Shown here piece after piece: positions 43,514 through 52,859 of a stretch of DNA of 64,000 nucleotides. Under the pieces are notes generated by a model. It saw nothing but the letters and a program-made list of their open reading frames with translations, was not told the origin of the DNA and made no database searches. The DNA lies in contig JAGVVV010000010.1 in the NCBI GenBank assembly GCA_018304615.1, positions 26,000 through 89,999 on the forward strand. The letters run 5' to 3'. Every line of letters starts with the position of its first letter. Within the stretch, counting starts at the first letter, position 1. The stretch comes from Candidatus Aenigmatarchaeota archaeon (lineage in GTDB: Archaea; Aenigmatarchaeota; Aenigmatarchaeia; CG10238-14; SCSR01). Both the position numbers and the translations under genes were made by a program.

Positions 43514-44458
43514 ATGGCATTTCCATCTGTTACCGTTCATGTTACTGTAAAGAATTCTGCAAAGACCATCAAAGCCTGTATAGACTCATTGCTCAAATTG
43601 AATTATCCTAACAAGAAAATAGTAGTCACTGACGCATTCTCCACAGACGGCACATACGAAATTCTAAAAAAATATGGGAACAAAATAACCTTAGAGCAAG
43701 TCAGAGGCGTTGCTCCCCGCGCACATAATCATATTCTTCAAAAAGTCAACACAGAGTTTTATGCGATGACTGATTCTGATTGTGTAGTTGATAGGAATTG
43801 GTTGAAGAATCTCATCTCTGCATTCAAATCAAAACAAGTCGTAGCGGCAGGAGGACTAGTGAAAACTCCCAAGAACGTCAACAGGTTGCAGAGCCTTATC
43901 GGTCGTGAATTAGAGAACAGATACAATCATTTTCCAAAAAATGTCTCCAGATTCCCGACGATGAACATGATTGTCAGGTCTTCAGTAGCAAAGAAAGTAA
44001 AAATGAATGAAAATCTCAGGGTTGCTTTCGAGACAGACTGGGGGTTCAGATTGGAAAAATTCGGCCAGCTTGTTTACATTCCAAATGCAGTAGTTTGGCA
44101 CTACCACAGAGGAAATTTGATTTCATTTTTCAAACAGCAGATGAACTATGCCAGATTTGTTCTACCAGTTTATCGAAAGCATCAGTCGAAGATCAAAGGC
44201 GATTATATTTCAACTACATCAATGCTACTCCAAGAAATTTTATTTTCATTTACATTTCTATTTGCGTTTGCATCAATTTTCTCTAGAAACTTTGAGACAC
44301 CTCTTTTGATCTCTTCGTTCATCTTACTTATTTCTTATCTAGTTTCTGCGTACCCAATTTCTAAAAAACGTGGAGATGTTACTTTGTACGTCCTTCTATT
44401 TCTCATAAGAAACATAGCATGGTCAGTTGGCTTAGCAAGGTCAGTGTTTGAAAGATGA
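43514..44458 (+). CDS. GT2 glycosyltransferase with C-terminal TM segments
   Basis: 314 aa. 'VTVHVTVKNSAKTIKACIDSLLKLNYP', 'TDAFSTDGT', 'MTDSDCVVD'. Confidence 0.85.
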   Translation: MAFPSVTVHVTVKNSAKTIKACIDSLLKLNYPNKKIVVTDAFSTDGTYEILKKYGNKITLEQVRGVAPRAHNHILQKVNTEFYAMTDSDCVVDRNWLKNLISAFKSKQVVAAGGLVKTPKNVNRLQSLIGRELENRYNHFPKNVSRFPTMNMIVRSSVAKKVKMNENLRVAFETDWGFRLEKFGQLVYIPNAVVWHYHRGNLISFFKQQMNYARFVLPVYRKHQSKIKGDYISTTSMLLQEILFSFTFLFAFASIFSRNFETPLLISSFILLISYLVSAYPISKKRGDVTLYVLLFLIRNIAWSVGLARSVFER

Positions 44459-45513
44459 AAAAATTAAAAATTCTTCTAGTTCAAGAATTCTTTCCTCCTG
44501 ATGTAATCGGTGGTGGAGAGAGGCTTTTCCTTAAACTCGCCACACTTTTGAAAGAACAGGGTCACGAAGTAAAAGTTTTATGTACCGGAAATCCTTCTGA
44601 AAAATCTTATGCAGGGATAAAAACAATAAGGATTCCTTTGAACAGATACCTGATGAATTTGTTTTTTCCTTTGATAGTCTGGCACGCTTCTGACGTTGAC
44701 TTGATACAAACTGCTAGTGGCAACATGACATTCCCTTCTTGGATGGCAGGAAAAATTTTGCGAAAGCCTGTTGTCTGCTATATCCATCATATAGCTGGGA
44801 AGAACTGGAAATACATTCGGGGCCCTCTTCTCGGACCAATCTTTAAGTTCATGGAAAAATTATTTTTAGCCAGAAGCTACGATGCTATAATATTCCAGAA
44901 CAAACATTCAGAATCCATTGGAAGATCTATTGGAATCGAAACTTCTAGAATGAGAATGGTAACACCCGGAATAGATTATAAAGAATTTGATTCTAACACA
45001 AAAAAAGAAAATTTCGTACTTTTCGTCGGCAGTTTAATGATGAACAAGTCTCTTGCCAATGTCAAAGGCCTCAACTATCTTCTCGATGCCGCAAAGAAAT
45101 TACAAAAAATAAAATTTGTGATTGTCGGTGGTGGCGAATACTTGGAAGAACTCAAACAGAAATCCCCAAATAATGTAGAATTCACAGGACCTCTTATAGG
45201 CAAACCTCTCAGAAATCTTTTCAAAAAAGCCTCCATCTTCTGCCTACCTTCACTTGCAGAGGGATTCGGTTTGACAATCCTTGAAGCAATGGCATCAGGT
45301 TGCGCCATAGTTTCTACTATAGACGTTGGTCAGAAAGGATATCTGATTAAACCAGAGGATACAGAAGAAATCGTCAGAGGGATCAATTACTATTTCAATA
45401 ATCCAAAAATAGCATCATCTCACGGAAAAAAAAACAAAGAACTGGCAAAAAGTTTTACATGGCATAGATTTATTAATAGCTTCAGTCGAATTTATGAAGT
45501 ATTAACTAAATAG
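44455..45513 (+). CDS. GT4 glycosyltransferase
   Basis: 352 aa. 'AEGFGLTILEAMASGCAIVST'. 4-nt overlap with the upstream GT2. Confidence 0.85.
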   Translation: MKKLKILLVQEFFPPDVIGGGERLFLKLATLLKEQGHEVKVLCTGNPSEKSYAGIKTIRIPLNRYLMNLFFPLIVWHASDVDLIQTASGNMTFPSWMAGKILRKPVVCYIHHIAGKNWKYIRGPLLGPIFKFMEKLFLARSYDAIIFQNKHSESIGRSIGIETSRMRMVTPGIDYKEFDSNTKKENFVLFVGSLMMNKSLANVKGLNYLLDAAKKLQKIKFVIVGGGEYLEELKQKSPNNVEFTGPLIGKPLRNLFKKASIFCLPSLAEGFGLTILEAMASGCAIVSTIDVGQKGYLIKPEDTEEIVRGINYYFNNPKIASSHGKKNKELAKSFTWHRFINSFSRIYEVLTK

Positions 45514-45529
45514 TAAAGCGAGTGTTTCG

Positions 45530-47581
45530 ATGAATTTGCGTCTAACAAATCAGAAATCCAATCTTTTGGTTCTGTTGTTCTTTCTTGGAATAATTGGCCT
45601 AGCAGTTTATGTTAGATGGAGTACTATCGATGCTAAAACAATCCTTGACTATGACCCTTGGTGGTATTACAGGCATGCGCAGGAGATAATGGACAATGGG
45701 CTTGTTCCTCCAAAGTGGGACATTCTCTCATATTATCCGCCAGGAAGACCATTCGACAAGCAGCTTGGCTGGGAATACATAATCATTCTCTTCTACAAGA
45801 TTGCGAGCATCATCAAGCCAGAAATTACATTCTTCGAACTTTCGAAGTTGGCTCCATTAATTATCGTTTCTCTAGGAACTATTCCAGCCTTCTTAATAGG
45901 GAAAATATTATCTAACAAGTGGGGTGGTTTGATAACTGCACTGTTCGCAGTTCTTGCCCCCACGTTCATCGGAGTTTCACTTGCCGGATATCTGGACAAC
46001 GATCCTGTAGTCATGTTCTACATGTATTCTTCGGTTCTTTCAATGATCCTTGCCATATCCAAAAAATCTGAAAAATTATTTTCAATGAAATCAATGATTT
46101 ACATCCTCTTCGCCATTCTTGTCAATTCACTCTTTGTTTTCACCTGGGGTGGTGGGTGGCTAGTCTTACTCCTTTTCACTGCGTTCATCCCTACGCTTTT
46201 CATCTTCAGAATAATCGAAAGTATGATTCACTCAAGAAGTTTGAAAATAAGTCTTCCCATTAAAGAAATCAAACATTATATAATTCTGATTGCGATTATC
46301 ATCGCTGCTGTTAACGCCTTCGCCTTTCTGAGTGGTTTGGACAACATGTTAAAATCGGTCTCAGTACTTTTGGGATTCGTCAACCCTGGGCAAGGTCTTT
46401 TAGTGAATATCTCGGTTGCTGAACTCCAGCCAATCAACATCTTCTCGAGCGATGGATTCTCATCTGTCGCAGGCAGAGTTGGAATAGGTTCGTTCTTCCT
46501 TGCCATAATAGGCCTTCCTATTCTAGTCTTGTACAAACTCTGGAGGAAGACCCCAATAAACTTTTTCGAAGTCTTCATGTTCCTCTGGATATTTGCAACT
46601 TTCTACATGATCCTCCATGGTGTCAGATTTGCACTACTTTTCGTAACAGCCTCTGCTGTAGCTTCCGGATATGTCATCGGTAATGCCGCTCAACTTTTCA
46701 AAAGAGATGTCATAGGGGTGAGCTTCTTCGGTATAATCTTGGTTTTGGTTCTCATGTTTATTTCAGATGCAATGGTTATCGGCGCCCAATCTGGAGGCGG
46801 TTTCGAAATCAGCCAGAATTGGGTGGATGCCTTGACATGGCTGAAACAGAATGCAGACAAGAATGCACTGATTTCGACATGGTGGGACCCAGGGCATATA
46901 ATCACTGGCTTTACTGGATTGAAGGTTCATGCTGACGGTGCTCACTGCGGTCCTGATGAATGTTTCCCATATAACCACAATGTCAGAATTCAAGACATGG
47001 GTAGAATCTTCTCTACTTCAAGTGAAAACGAGTCAGTTTCTATTTTGAAAAAGTATACTTTCTTGACAACACAGCAATGCCAAGAAGTCAAGAACATGTT
47101 CGGTTCTGCGGTTCCGTCAAATGCATGCAATCCTGTAACTGAAGAATATCTCATCGCAAGCAACGATTTGATTGGAAAGTACCATTGGATGAGCTTCTTC
47201 GGTGGAGGCACTGCTCAAGACTACATCCAGCTTCCTCTTAACAATGTAGATCAGCAGAACGGAATCTTATCATATTTGAACGGAGAGATAACTCTCGTGA
47301 GAAGGAACGACACGTGGGTTCCAGTTTACAACAACAAGCTCATAATCAAGGAGGTAGTCTACTTCGACAACAACCAAATGAAATATGAAAAAAGCAATTC
47401 GACTGATGCGATAGATGGATTGGTTTGGGTGCAGCCAGACTATAGATCTATAATTTTCATGCAGCCCGAGGTCAGAAACTCAATCTTCACAAAACTCTAT
47501 TTCTTCAATGGCCAAGGGCTCAGCCACTTCAAACTTGTTTATGCCAATGATGAGTTGAAGATATTCAAAGTTATTTTCTAG
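45530..47581 (+). CDS. aglB: Oligosaccharyltransferase AglB (STT3 family)
   Basis: 683 aa. N-terminal loop 'LDYDPWWYYRH', about 13 TM, catalytic motif 'STWWDPGH' (WWDxG variant, nt 46880-46897), soluble C-terminal domain. Confidence 0.9.
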   Translation: MNLRLTNQKSNLLVLLFFLGIIGLAVYVRWSTIDAKTILDYDPWWYYRHAQEIMDNGLVPPKWDILSYYPPGRPFDKQLGWEYIIILFYKIASIIKPEITFFELSKLAPLIIVSLGTIPAFLIGKILSNKWGGLITALFAVLAPTFIGVSLAGYLDNDPVVMFYMYSSVLSMILAISKKSEKLFSMKSMIYILFAILVNSLFVFTWGGGWLVLLLFTAFIPTLFIFRIIESMIHSRSLKISLPIKEIKHYIILIAIIIAAVNAFAFLSGLDNMLKSVSVLLGFVNPGQGLLVNISVAELQPINIFSSDGFSSVAGRVGIGSFFLAIIGLPILVLYKLWRKTPINFFEVFMFLWIFATFYMILHGVRFALLFVTASAVASGYVIGNAAQLFKRDVIGVSFFGIILVLVLMFISDAMVIGAQSGGGFEISQNWVDALTWLKQNADKNALISTWWDPGHIITGFTGLKVHADGAHCGPDECFPYNHNVRIQDMGRIFSTSSENESVSILKKYTFLTTQQCQEVKNMFGSAVPSNACNPVTEEYLIASNDLIGKYHWMSFFGGGTAQDYIQLPLNNVDQQNGILSYLNGEITLVRRNDTWVPVYNNKLIIKEVVYFDNNQMKYEKSNSTDAIDGLVWVQPDYRSIIFMQPEVRNSIFTKLYFFNGQGLSHFKLVYANDELKIFKVIF

Positions 47582-47588
47582 GTTCAAG

Positions 47589-47595
47589 TTTATAT
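47589..47595 (+). promoter_or_regulatory. TATA-box-like element of the histone gene (leaderless transcript likely)
   Basis: TTTATAT ends 25 nt before the GTG start at 47621, the spacing expected for an archaeal TATA to TSS when the mRNA is leaderless. Confidence 0.35.
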
Positions 47596-47620
47596 CCGAA
47601 ACATTCAAAATAAAAACTAG

Positions 47621-47839
47621 GTGGGAACCATAGGACTTCCAAGAGCAGCGTTTGAAAGAATTCTGAAGAAGGCAGGAGCGAAGAGAGTGTCACATGAAGC
47701 GATGGAAGAATTCGCCAGAGTGATGGAAGACAAGATGCTCAGGATTGCGATGGAAGCCGGCATGCTGGCCAAACACGCTGGAAGGAAAACCATAATTGAT
47801 GAAGATGTCCGTCAAGCAAGAAGGAAACTAGGATTTTAG
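47621..47839 (+). CDS. Archaeal histone (HMf/histone-fold)
   Basis: 72 aa, GTG start. 'LPRAAFERILKKAGAKRVS', 'AKHAGRKTIIDEDVRQA'. Confidence 0.9.
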   Translation: MGTIGLPRAAFERILKKAGAKRVSHEAMEEFARVMEDKMLRIAMEAGMLAKHAGRKTIIDEDVRQARRKLGF

Positions 47840-47863
47840 TTTAAAATATTAGAAGTTGAAGAA

Positions 47864-48247
47864 ATGAAAACAAAAATAGAAACTCCAAATGCTCCTAAAG
47901 CTACTGGTCCATTTTCACAAGGAATAATAAGTGGAGGTATGATATTTACTTCAGGACAAGTGTATCTTACCGCGAATGGAAAACTTCTCGAAGGTTCGAT
48001 TGAAGAACAGACTCATCAAGTAATGAAAAATTTAAAAGCTATCCTTGAATCTGGCGGTGTTACCTTTAATGACGTTGTTAAGACTACCATCTACGTCACC
48101 GATATGTCTTTGTATGGGAAAATTAACGAGATTTATGGAAGCTATTTTTCCGAACCATTTCCTGCTCGTGAAACAGTATGTGTAAAAGAACTTCCATTAG
48201 GGACTAAACTTGAAATAAGTATGGTCGCTATCAAGTCTAAGATTTAA
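47864..48247 (+). CDS. ridA: RidA/YjgF-family reactive intermediate deaminase
   Basis: 127 aa. 'APKATGPFSQGI', 'TTIYVTDMSLYGKINEIY', 'PARETVCVKELPLGTKLEI'. Confidence 0.9.
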   Translation: MKTKIETPNAPKATGPFSQGIISGGMIFTSGQVYLTANGKLLEGSIEEQTHQVMKNLKAILESGGVTFNDVVKTTIYVTDMSLYGKINEIYGSYFSEPFPARETVCVKELPLGTKLEISMVAIKSKI

Positions 48248-48330
48248 TTAGTAAATATTCAAAAGGGACTATTTCACCAAAACTGGTTATCTCTATATAT
48301 TTCTAAATTCTCTATAATAGTTCGGTAATC

Positions 48331-49365
48331 GTGGAATCTGACGAAGAAGTTCTGAATAATCTGCAAAAGTTGACTAATGTTCCAAAAGAATTGCTTGTTG
48401 AAAAAATAGAAAACAAGAGGAAGGAGATGAGAGGGCTTCTTTCGTTCGAAGGTGCAGCCCATCTTGTAGCAAAGGAGTATGGAATAAATCTTTTCAACAA
48501 GCCCGAAAAAAACTTGCAGATTAAAGATCTTGTAAGCGGGATGAAGAATTGCAATTTTGTCGGAAGAATCTTCAAAATCAGCAACACCAATGAGTTCAAA
48601 AGGAAAGACAACTCCTTGGGTAGAGTGGTCAATCTTTTCATCGGCGATACTTCAGGATTCGTCAAACTCGCCCTTTGGGACAAACAGGTGACTCTTGTGG
48701 AAGACGGAACAATAAAAATAGGAAGCCAGATAGAAATTGTGAATGCGATCGTCAAAGAAAACACATTCGGAGATTTGGAAATTTCCGTCGGAAAGTACGG
48801 CGCAATCAAAATGGCAGAAAATGTCCATCTTCCTAGTTTTGAAGAAATGAATGAAAGATTTCTTTCAGGAAAAGTCTCCCGTGTCAAGTTGAAAGATCTT
48901 TTCCCAGGATCAGTCGAGATAGCAGGGACTGTTGTCGACGTCTTCAGAGGTAATTTTATTTTCAATACATGCTCCATTTGCGGGACTAAAATGACAGATC
49001 AAGAAGGGAAACTAGTCTGCCCTTCTCACGGAGCAGTTGAATCAAACCCAGCCCTTGTTCTCAGTTTCCTAATTGATGACGGGACCGAAAATATAAGAGC
49101 TGTTTCGTTCAAACAGTCGGCTGAAAAACTTCTAGGAATAACTGCAGGCGAGCTGAAGGAGCAGGAAATCGAAGACCGAAATAAATTTATAAGCGAAAGG
49201 TTAATTGGTAAGCAGTTACTTTTAAAGGGACGTGCTAAGAGGAACAAAATTTTCGATAGAATAGAAATAATTGCCGACGAGATTTCAGAAATTAATCCTT
49301 TAGAAGAGAGTAAGAGTTTATTGGCAGAGGTGGAGGCCAAGTTAACCACCGGAGTGAGTGGCTAA
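48331..49365 (+). CDS. Replication protein A-like ssDNA-binding protein (OB folds + zinc ribbon)
   Basis: 344 aa, GTG start. N-terminal 'LLSFEGAAHLVAKEYGINL'. OB fold 'NFVGRIFKISN...VVNLFIGDTSGFVKLALWD'. Second OB with 'CSICG-x12-CPSHG'. Confidence 0.8.
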   Translation: MESDEEVLNNLQKLTNVPKELLVEKIENKRKEMRGLLSFEGAAHLVAKEYGINLFNKPEKNLQIKDLVSGMKNCNFVGRIFKISNTNEFKRKDNSLGRVVNLFIGDTSGFVKLALWDKQVTLVEDGTIKIGSQIEIVNAIVKENTFGDLEISVGKYGAIKMAENVHLPSFEEMNERFLSGKVSRVKLKDLFPGSVEIAGTVVDVFRGNFIFNTCSICGTKMTDQEGKLVCPSHGAVESNPALVLSFLIDDGTENIRAVSFKQSAEKLLGITAGELKEQEIEDRNKFISERLIGKQLLLKGRAKRNKIFDRIEIIADEISEINPLEESKSLLAEVEAKLTTGVSG

Positions 49366-49398
49366 ACGAAATCAATAGGATAAAACAAAAGTGATTTG

Positions 49399-50346
49399 AT
49401 GGTTAAGAAAGAAATTCAGCTTGAAGACATCCCTGGGGTAGGGGAGAAGACTGCCGAGAAACTCAGAGGAGTTGGCATGTCAGATCCCATGGCTCTTGCC
49501 GTGAGTTCTCCTGGAGAGCTTGCTGCCATTGCAGAAATCGGAGTCGACACAGCTGCAAAGATCATTCATGAAGTAAGAGGGATGCTTGAGATTGGATTTG
49601 AGACTGCTGACAAGATCGCTGAACGAAGAGCGAATGTCTCCAAGATCACAACAAAATCCAAGAATCTCGACCAACTATTAGGTGGTGGAGTTGAGACTCA
49701 GGCGATCACAGAAAGTTATGGTGCTTTTGGTTCAGGGAAGACACAGATAGGTTTTCAGTTGGCTGTCAGCGTCCAGTTGGCTGCTGATAAAGGTGGTTTG
49801 GGCGGGAATTGCCTTTGGGTCGATACTGAGAACACTTTCAGGCCTGAAAGGATAATCCAAATTTCAAAGGCGATGGGCCTTGATCCAGATCAAACTTTGA
49901 AAAATATTTTTGTCGCCAGAGCTTTCAACTCAGAACATCAGATGTTTCTTGTTGACAAAGCAACCGACATGATCGAACAAAACAATATCAAACTGATTGT
50001 TGTCGATTCTCTCACCTCTCATTTCAGAGCTGATTTTGTTGGTAGAGGAGAATTAGCATCTAGACAGCAGAAGATGAACAAACATCTCCATGCACTTCAG
50101 AGATTGGCAGATGCGCACAATCTCGCTATCTATATCACCAATCAAGTCATGTCAGATCCGGCGATGTTATTTGGAGATCCTACGAGGCCAGTTGGTGGAC
50201 ATGTGTTAGCTCACCAAGCTACTTATCGTATGTATCTAAGAAGAGGGAGAGAGAACACCAGAATTGCGAGACTGGTTGACTCGCCAGGTCTTCCTGAAGG
50301 TGAGGCAGTCTTCAAGGTTTCTGAAGGCGGAGTCATAGATCCTTAA
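49399..50346 (+). CDS. radA: DNA repair and recombination protein RadA
   Basis: HhH '[15 protein letters not shown]', Walker A 'GAFGSGKTQ', '[12 protein letters not shown]', 'ITNQV'. ATG 49399 preferred over TTG 49396. Confidence 0.95.
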   Translation: MVKKEIQLEDIPGVGEKTAEKLRGVGMSDPMALAVSSPGELAAIAEIGVDTAAKIIHEVRGMLEIGFETADKIAERRANVSKITTKSKNLDQLLGGGVETQAITESYGAFGSGKTQIGFQLAVSVQLAADKGGLGGNCLWVDTENTFRPERIIQISKAMGLDPDQTLKNIFVARAFNSEHQMFLVDKATDMIEQNNIKLIVVDSLTSHFRADFVGRGELASRQQKMNKHLHALQRLADAHNLAIYITNQVMSDPAMLFGDPTRPVGGHVLAHQATYRMYLRRGRENTRIARLVDSPGLPEGEAVFKVSEGGVIDP

Positions 50347-50351
50347 TTCAG

Positions 50352-50365
50352 TTAAATCTTAAATA
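50352..50365 (+). repeat. Direct repeat copy 1: TTAAATCTTAAATA
   Basis: Exact 14-mer starting 6 nt after the radA stop. A partial third copy, TTAAATCTT, lies at 50382-50390. Confidence 0.8.
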
Positions 50366-50424
50366 ATTAGTTGAAAATTCATTAAATCTTTTCATTAATA
50401 AACTTTGATTATAATAATAAAATT

Positions 50425-50871
50425 ATGCAAAAAACTTTATCCAAGATAGAAGTTTACGTACAACATTGCAGACCATCTGTAAGTGATACTGTTTATATAG
50501 TGGCTCAAGAATTAGGTTATGTTTTCATGATACATACAATGAATGACGGTCAAAAGTATTCGCAAGTCACGCCACTTAAAATTGACAATTCCGCTGGTAT
50601 AGATACGCTACGTTGGGCTAGAAAAGGAAGTCCAGGACACTATTGGTTCTTACCAACAGTTGGAAATATGTTGAACAGTAGATTGTTTACCAAACATAAA
50701 AAAGTTGAGGTGCCACCTGAATTATTGGATAAGTTTTTAGAGAATTTCGATTTACCACATCTAATTAAAGATGATGGAAATCCTGGAAACAACTTGGTAA
50801 TCACTGGTATAGATGTTTATGATACAACTCGTGATTTTGTTGAGGAATTAAGACAGCATGATTTGTTCTAA
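50425..50871 (+). CDS. Hypothetical protein (orphan, no recognisable motif)
   Basis: 148-aa ATG-initiated ORF. Soluble-looking composition. No family recognised. Confidence 0.4.
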   Translation: MQKTLSKIEVYVQHCRPSVSDTVYIVAQELGYVFMIHTMNDGQKYSQVTPLKIDNSAGIDTLRWARKGSPGHYWFLPTVGNMLNSRLFTKHKKVEVPPELLDKFLENFDLPHLIKDDGNPGNNLVITGIDVYDTTRDFVEELRQHDLF

Positions 50872-50977
50872 AATTATTGACTGAATATTCAAAGTTTATT
50901 AACCTATTAATAGGAAAAACTTTTAATTATTTTTTGTAATAAAATATTGCTTAATCAAAATTTTAATGGAATTCCAA

Positions 50978-50991
50978 TTAAATCTTAAATA
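50978..50991 (+). repeat. Direct repeat copy 2: TTAAATCTTAAATA
   Basis: Exact 14-mer ending 9 nt before the stop codon (51001-51003) of the reverse-strand membrane gene. Confidence 0.8.
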
Positions 50992-51000
50992 TTTAATATC

Positions 51001-51543
51001 TCAACTTGCAAATTTCAGGATGCTCGTTCCCAAATAAAGAAACAATGAAACATTGAACATCCCATTTACAATTGCATACGGAAGATATTTGAAAAAATAA
51101 GCATTATTGAAAATGAACGTCAGGACTATGTTTATTCCAACAATTGCAACAGACAAATATATTCCCAGATTCACAAATCCTACCGCCTTCATTGTCCCAG
51201 CCAAGAATCCTATGGCAATATATTCAGGTATAGTCCAAACCAGATATGTTGACATCCCATATCTTCCTATCAGTAGATGAAGAATCAAAAGAATCAGTCC
51301 GACTGTCATTCCAGTTCCAGGTCCCCAAACAAATCCAACTAAAATTGTCGTGAAAGTAACAAGTTCTATTCCTATATGCTTCAGCGGTGGCATGAAAAGT
51401 ATTGCAAAAGCAAGTCCTATAGTCGCAATCATCATGAAGAAAACAAACACAGCTTTGGAGAATATAAGTCCAATCACGAGAAAAGGAATTATCACAAGCA
51501 GAAGCTGGAATACCCTCGACCTGTTCAATTTCTTAAGTTCCAT
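51001..51543 (-). CDS. Polytopic membrane protein (about 5-6 TM), unknown function
   Basis: 180-aa highly hydrophobic ORF. Divergent from bud32 with a 15-nt spacer. Confidence 0.5.
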   Translation of the reverse strand: MELKKLNRSRVFQLLLVIIPFLVIGLIFSKAVFVFFMMIATIGLAFAILFMPPLKHIGIELVTFTTILVGFVWGPGTGMTVGLILLILHLLIGRYGMSTYLVWTIPEYIAIGFLAGTMKAVGFVNLGIYLSVAIVGINIVLTFIFNNAYFFKYLPYAIVNGMFNVSLFLYLGTSILKFAS

Positions 51544-51558
51544 ACAGAATAATTATTT

Positions 51559-52194
51559 ATGCAAATTATATATCGAGGTGCAGAGGCAGTCATTTATCTT
51601 GACAATTACGACAACCAGAAAGTCCTGGTCAAGGAAAGGATTAAAAAAAATTACAGATTGGACGAGATTGACACAAAAATAAGGAAATTCAGGCTGAGGA
51701 AAGAGGTCAGACTCCTCACAGAGGCGAGAAAGAACGGAGTCCCAACCCCGAAGATATTTGAGACTGATGAAGTTTCGAACAAAATAATCATGGAATATGT
51801 CGAAGGAACTAGAATAAAGGATTTACTGAATTCCGCTGACGAGAAGACAGTAACAAACATTTGTAATCAGATAGGCAGACTGATCGGAAAACTACATTCA
51901 GCCGGAATCATCCACGGGGACCTCACAACTTCAAACATGATCCTGAAAGACAATGATATATACTTTATAGACTTCGGCCTAGGAGAATTTTCCAGAAGAA
52001 TAGAAGACCAAGGTGTTGATATGAATCTTTTGAAGGAGGCCATCCAATCCACACATTTCAATATTTTAAAGACATGTTGGAATAATCTTCTTAAAGGTTA
52101 CAGGCAAGAATATAAGAACTCCGAACAAGTAATTAAGAAGGTTGATGAGATTGAAAATAGGGCTAGGTATGTTAAAAGGAAAGAGCAGGTATGA
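51559..52194 (+). CDS. bud32: Bud32/PRPK atypical kinase (KEOPS subunit)
   Basis: 211 aa. 'IYRGAEAVIY', 'VKERIKKNYR', catalytic loop 'IIHGDLTTSNMIL', 'YFIDFGLG'. Confidence 0.85.
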   Translation: MQIIYRGAEAVIYLDNYDNQKVLVKERIKKNYRLDEIDTKIRKFRLRKEVRLLTEARKNGVPTPKIFETDEVSNKIIMEYVEGTRIKDLLNSADEKTVTNICNQIGRLIGKLHSAGIIHGDLTTSNMILKDNDIYFIDFGLGEFSRRIEDQGVDMNLLKEAIQSTHFNILKTCWNNLLKGYRQEYKNSEQVIKKVDEIENRARYVKRKEQV

Positions 52195-52384
52195 GACTCT
52201 TGAGAACTATCTAATCTCTTTGATAGTCCTGGGTGCTGTTCTTTTCGGTGCTGGCATAGGCTTGTCAGCTATCAACTCCACAGGTATCTCTACAATCACG
52301 GCCATGCTCGGTATTTTCGTCAGTTTCATCTTCACAGTAGCTTTGGTATTCGTCTGGGTCGCCAAAGACATATTCGGACATTGA
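52145..52384 (+). CDS. Small two-TM membrane protein (start uncertain: 52142 TTG, 52145 ATG or 52169 ATG)
   Basis: The ORF overlaps the bud32 3' end. Two clear hydrophobic helices ('LISLIVLGAVLFGAGIGL', 'MLGIFVSFIFTVALVFVWV'). Confidence 0.35.
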   Translation: MRLKIGLGMLKGKSRYETLENYLISLIVLGAVLFGAGIGLSAINSTGISTITAMLGIFVSFIFTVALVFVWVAKDIFGH

Positions 52385-52393
52385 GGTCTTTGC

Positions 52394-52855
52394 ATGGCTC
52401 GAATTTACAGTCGTAAAAAAGGAAAGAGCGGGAGTCACAGACCTCCTGTCAAAATCGTTCCAAGATGGATGAGATTCAAGAAGAATGACGTCGAAGAACT
52501 TGTGGTTAATCTAGCAAAAGAAAAGCACAATTCTGCAGTTATCGGAACAATTCTTAGAGACCAGTACGGAATCCCTGACGTCAAACTGGTCACTGGCAGG
52601 GGCGTCACAAAAATAATGAGAGAAAACAAACTCTACCCGCACATGCCCGAAGACATGCTTAACATGCTCAGGCAGGCAGTCGAGCTCCGCGCACACTTGG
52701 GAAGAAACAAGGGAGATACAAATTCAATCAAGGCCCTTTCGCATTTGGAATCAAAGATAAGAAGAGTCGGGAAATACTACTCTCGCGAGGGAGTAATCGA
52801 AAAAGAGTGGAAGTACGATCCTGAGAAGGCCAAGCTCATAATCCAACAGAAGTGA
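52394..52855 (+). CDS. rps15: 30S ribosomal protein uS15 (S15P/S13e)
   Basis: 153 aa. 'MARIYSRKKGKSGSHRP', 'LRDQYGIPDVK', 'LESKIRRVGKYY'. Confidence 0.95.
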   Translation: MARIYSRKKGKSGSHRPPVKIVPRWMRFKKNDVEELVVNLAKEKHNSAVIGTILRDQYGIPDVKLVTGRGVTKIMRENKLYPHMPEDMLNMLRQAVELRAHLGRNKGDTNSIKALSHLESKIRRVGKYYSREGVIEKEWKYDPEKAKLIIQQK

Positions 52856-52859
52856 TCCC

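Larger units (their letters stand above)
50352..50991 (+). mobile_element. Candidate inserted gene cassette (orphan ORF bracketed by 14-bp direct repeats)
   Basis: The exact 14-bp direct repeats sit 5 and 9 nt from the stop codons of two convergent housekeeping genes. The 612-nt interior is very AT-rich apart from one ORF with no recognisable family. No integrase is present. Confidence 0.3.

Noticed and set aside
48312-48977. 221-aa reverse-strand ORF completely overlapping the RPA gene
   Set aside because: It is antisense to a gene with clear OB-fold/Zn-ribbon homology. The product is low-complexity (S/L/F/T/P-rich) with no recognisable motif. This is a typical shadow ORF on the opposite strand of a real gene.
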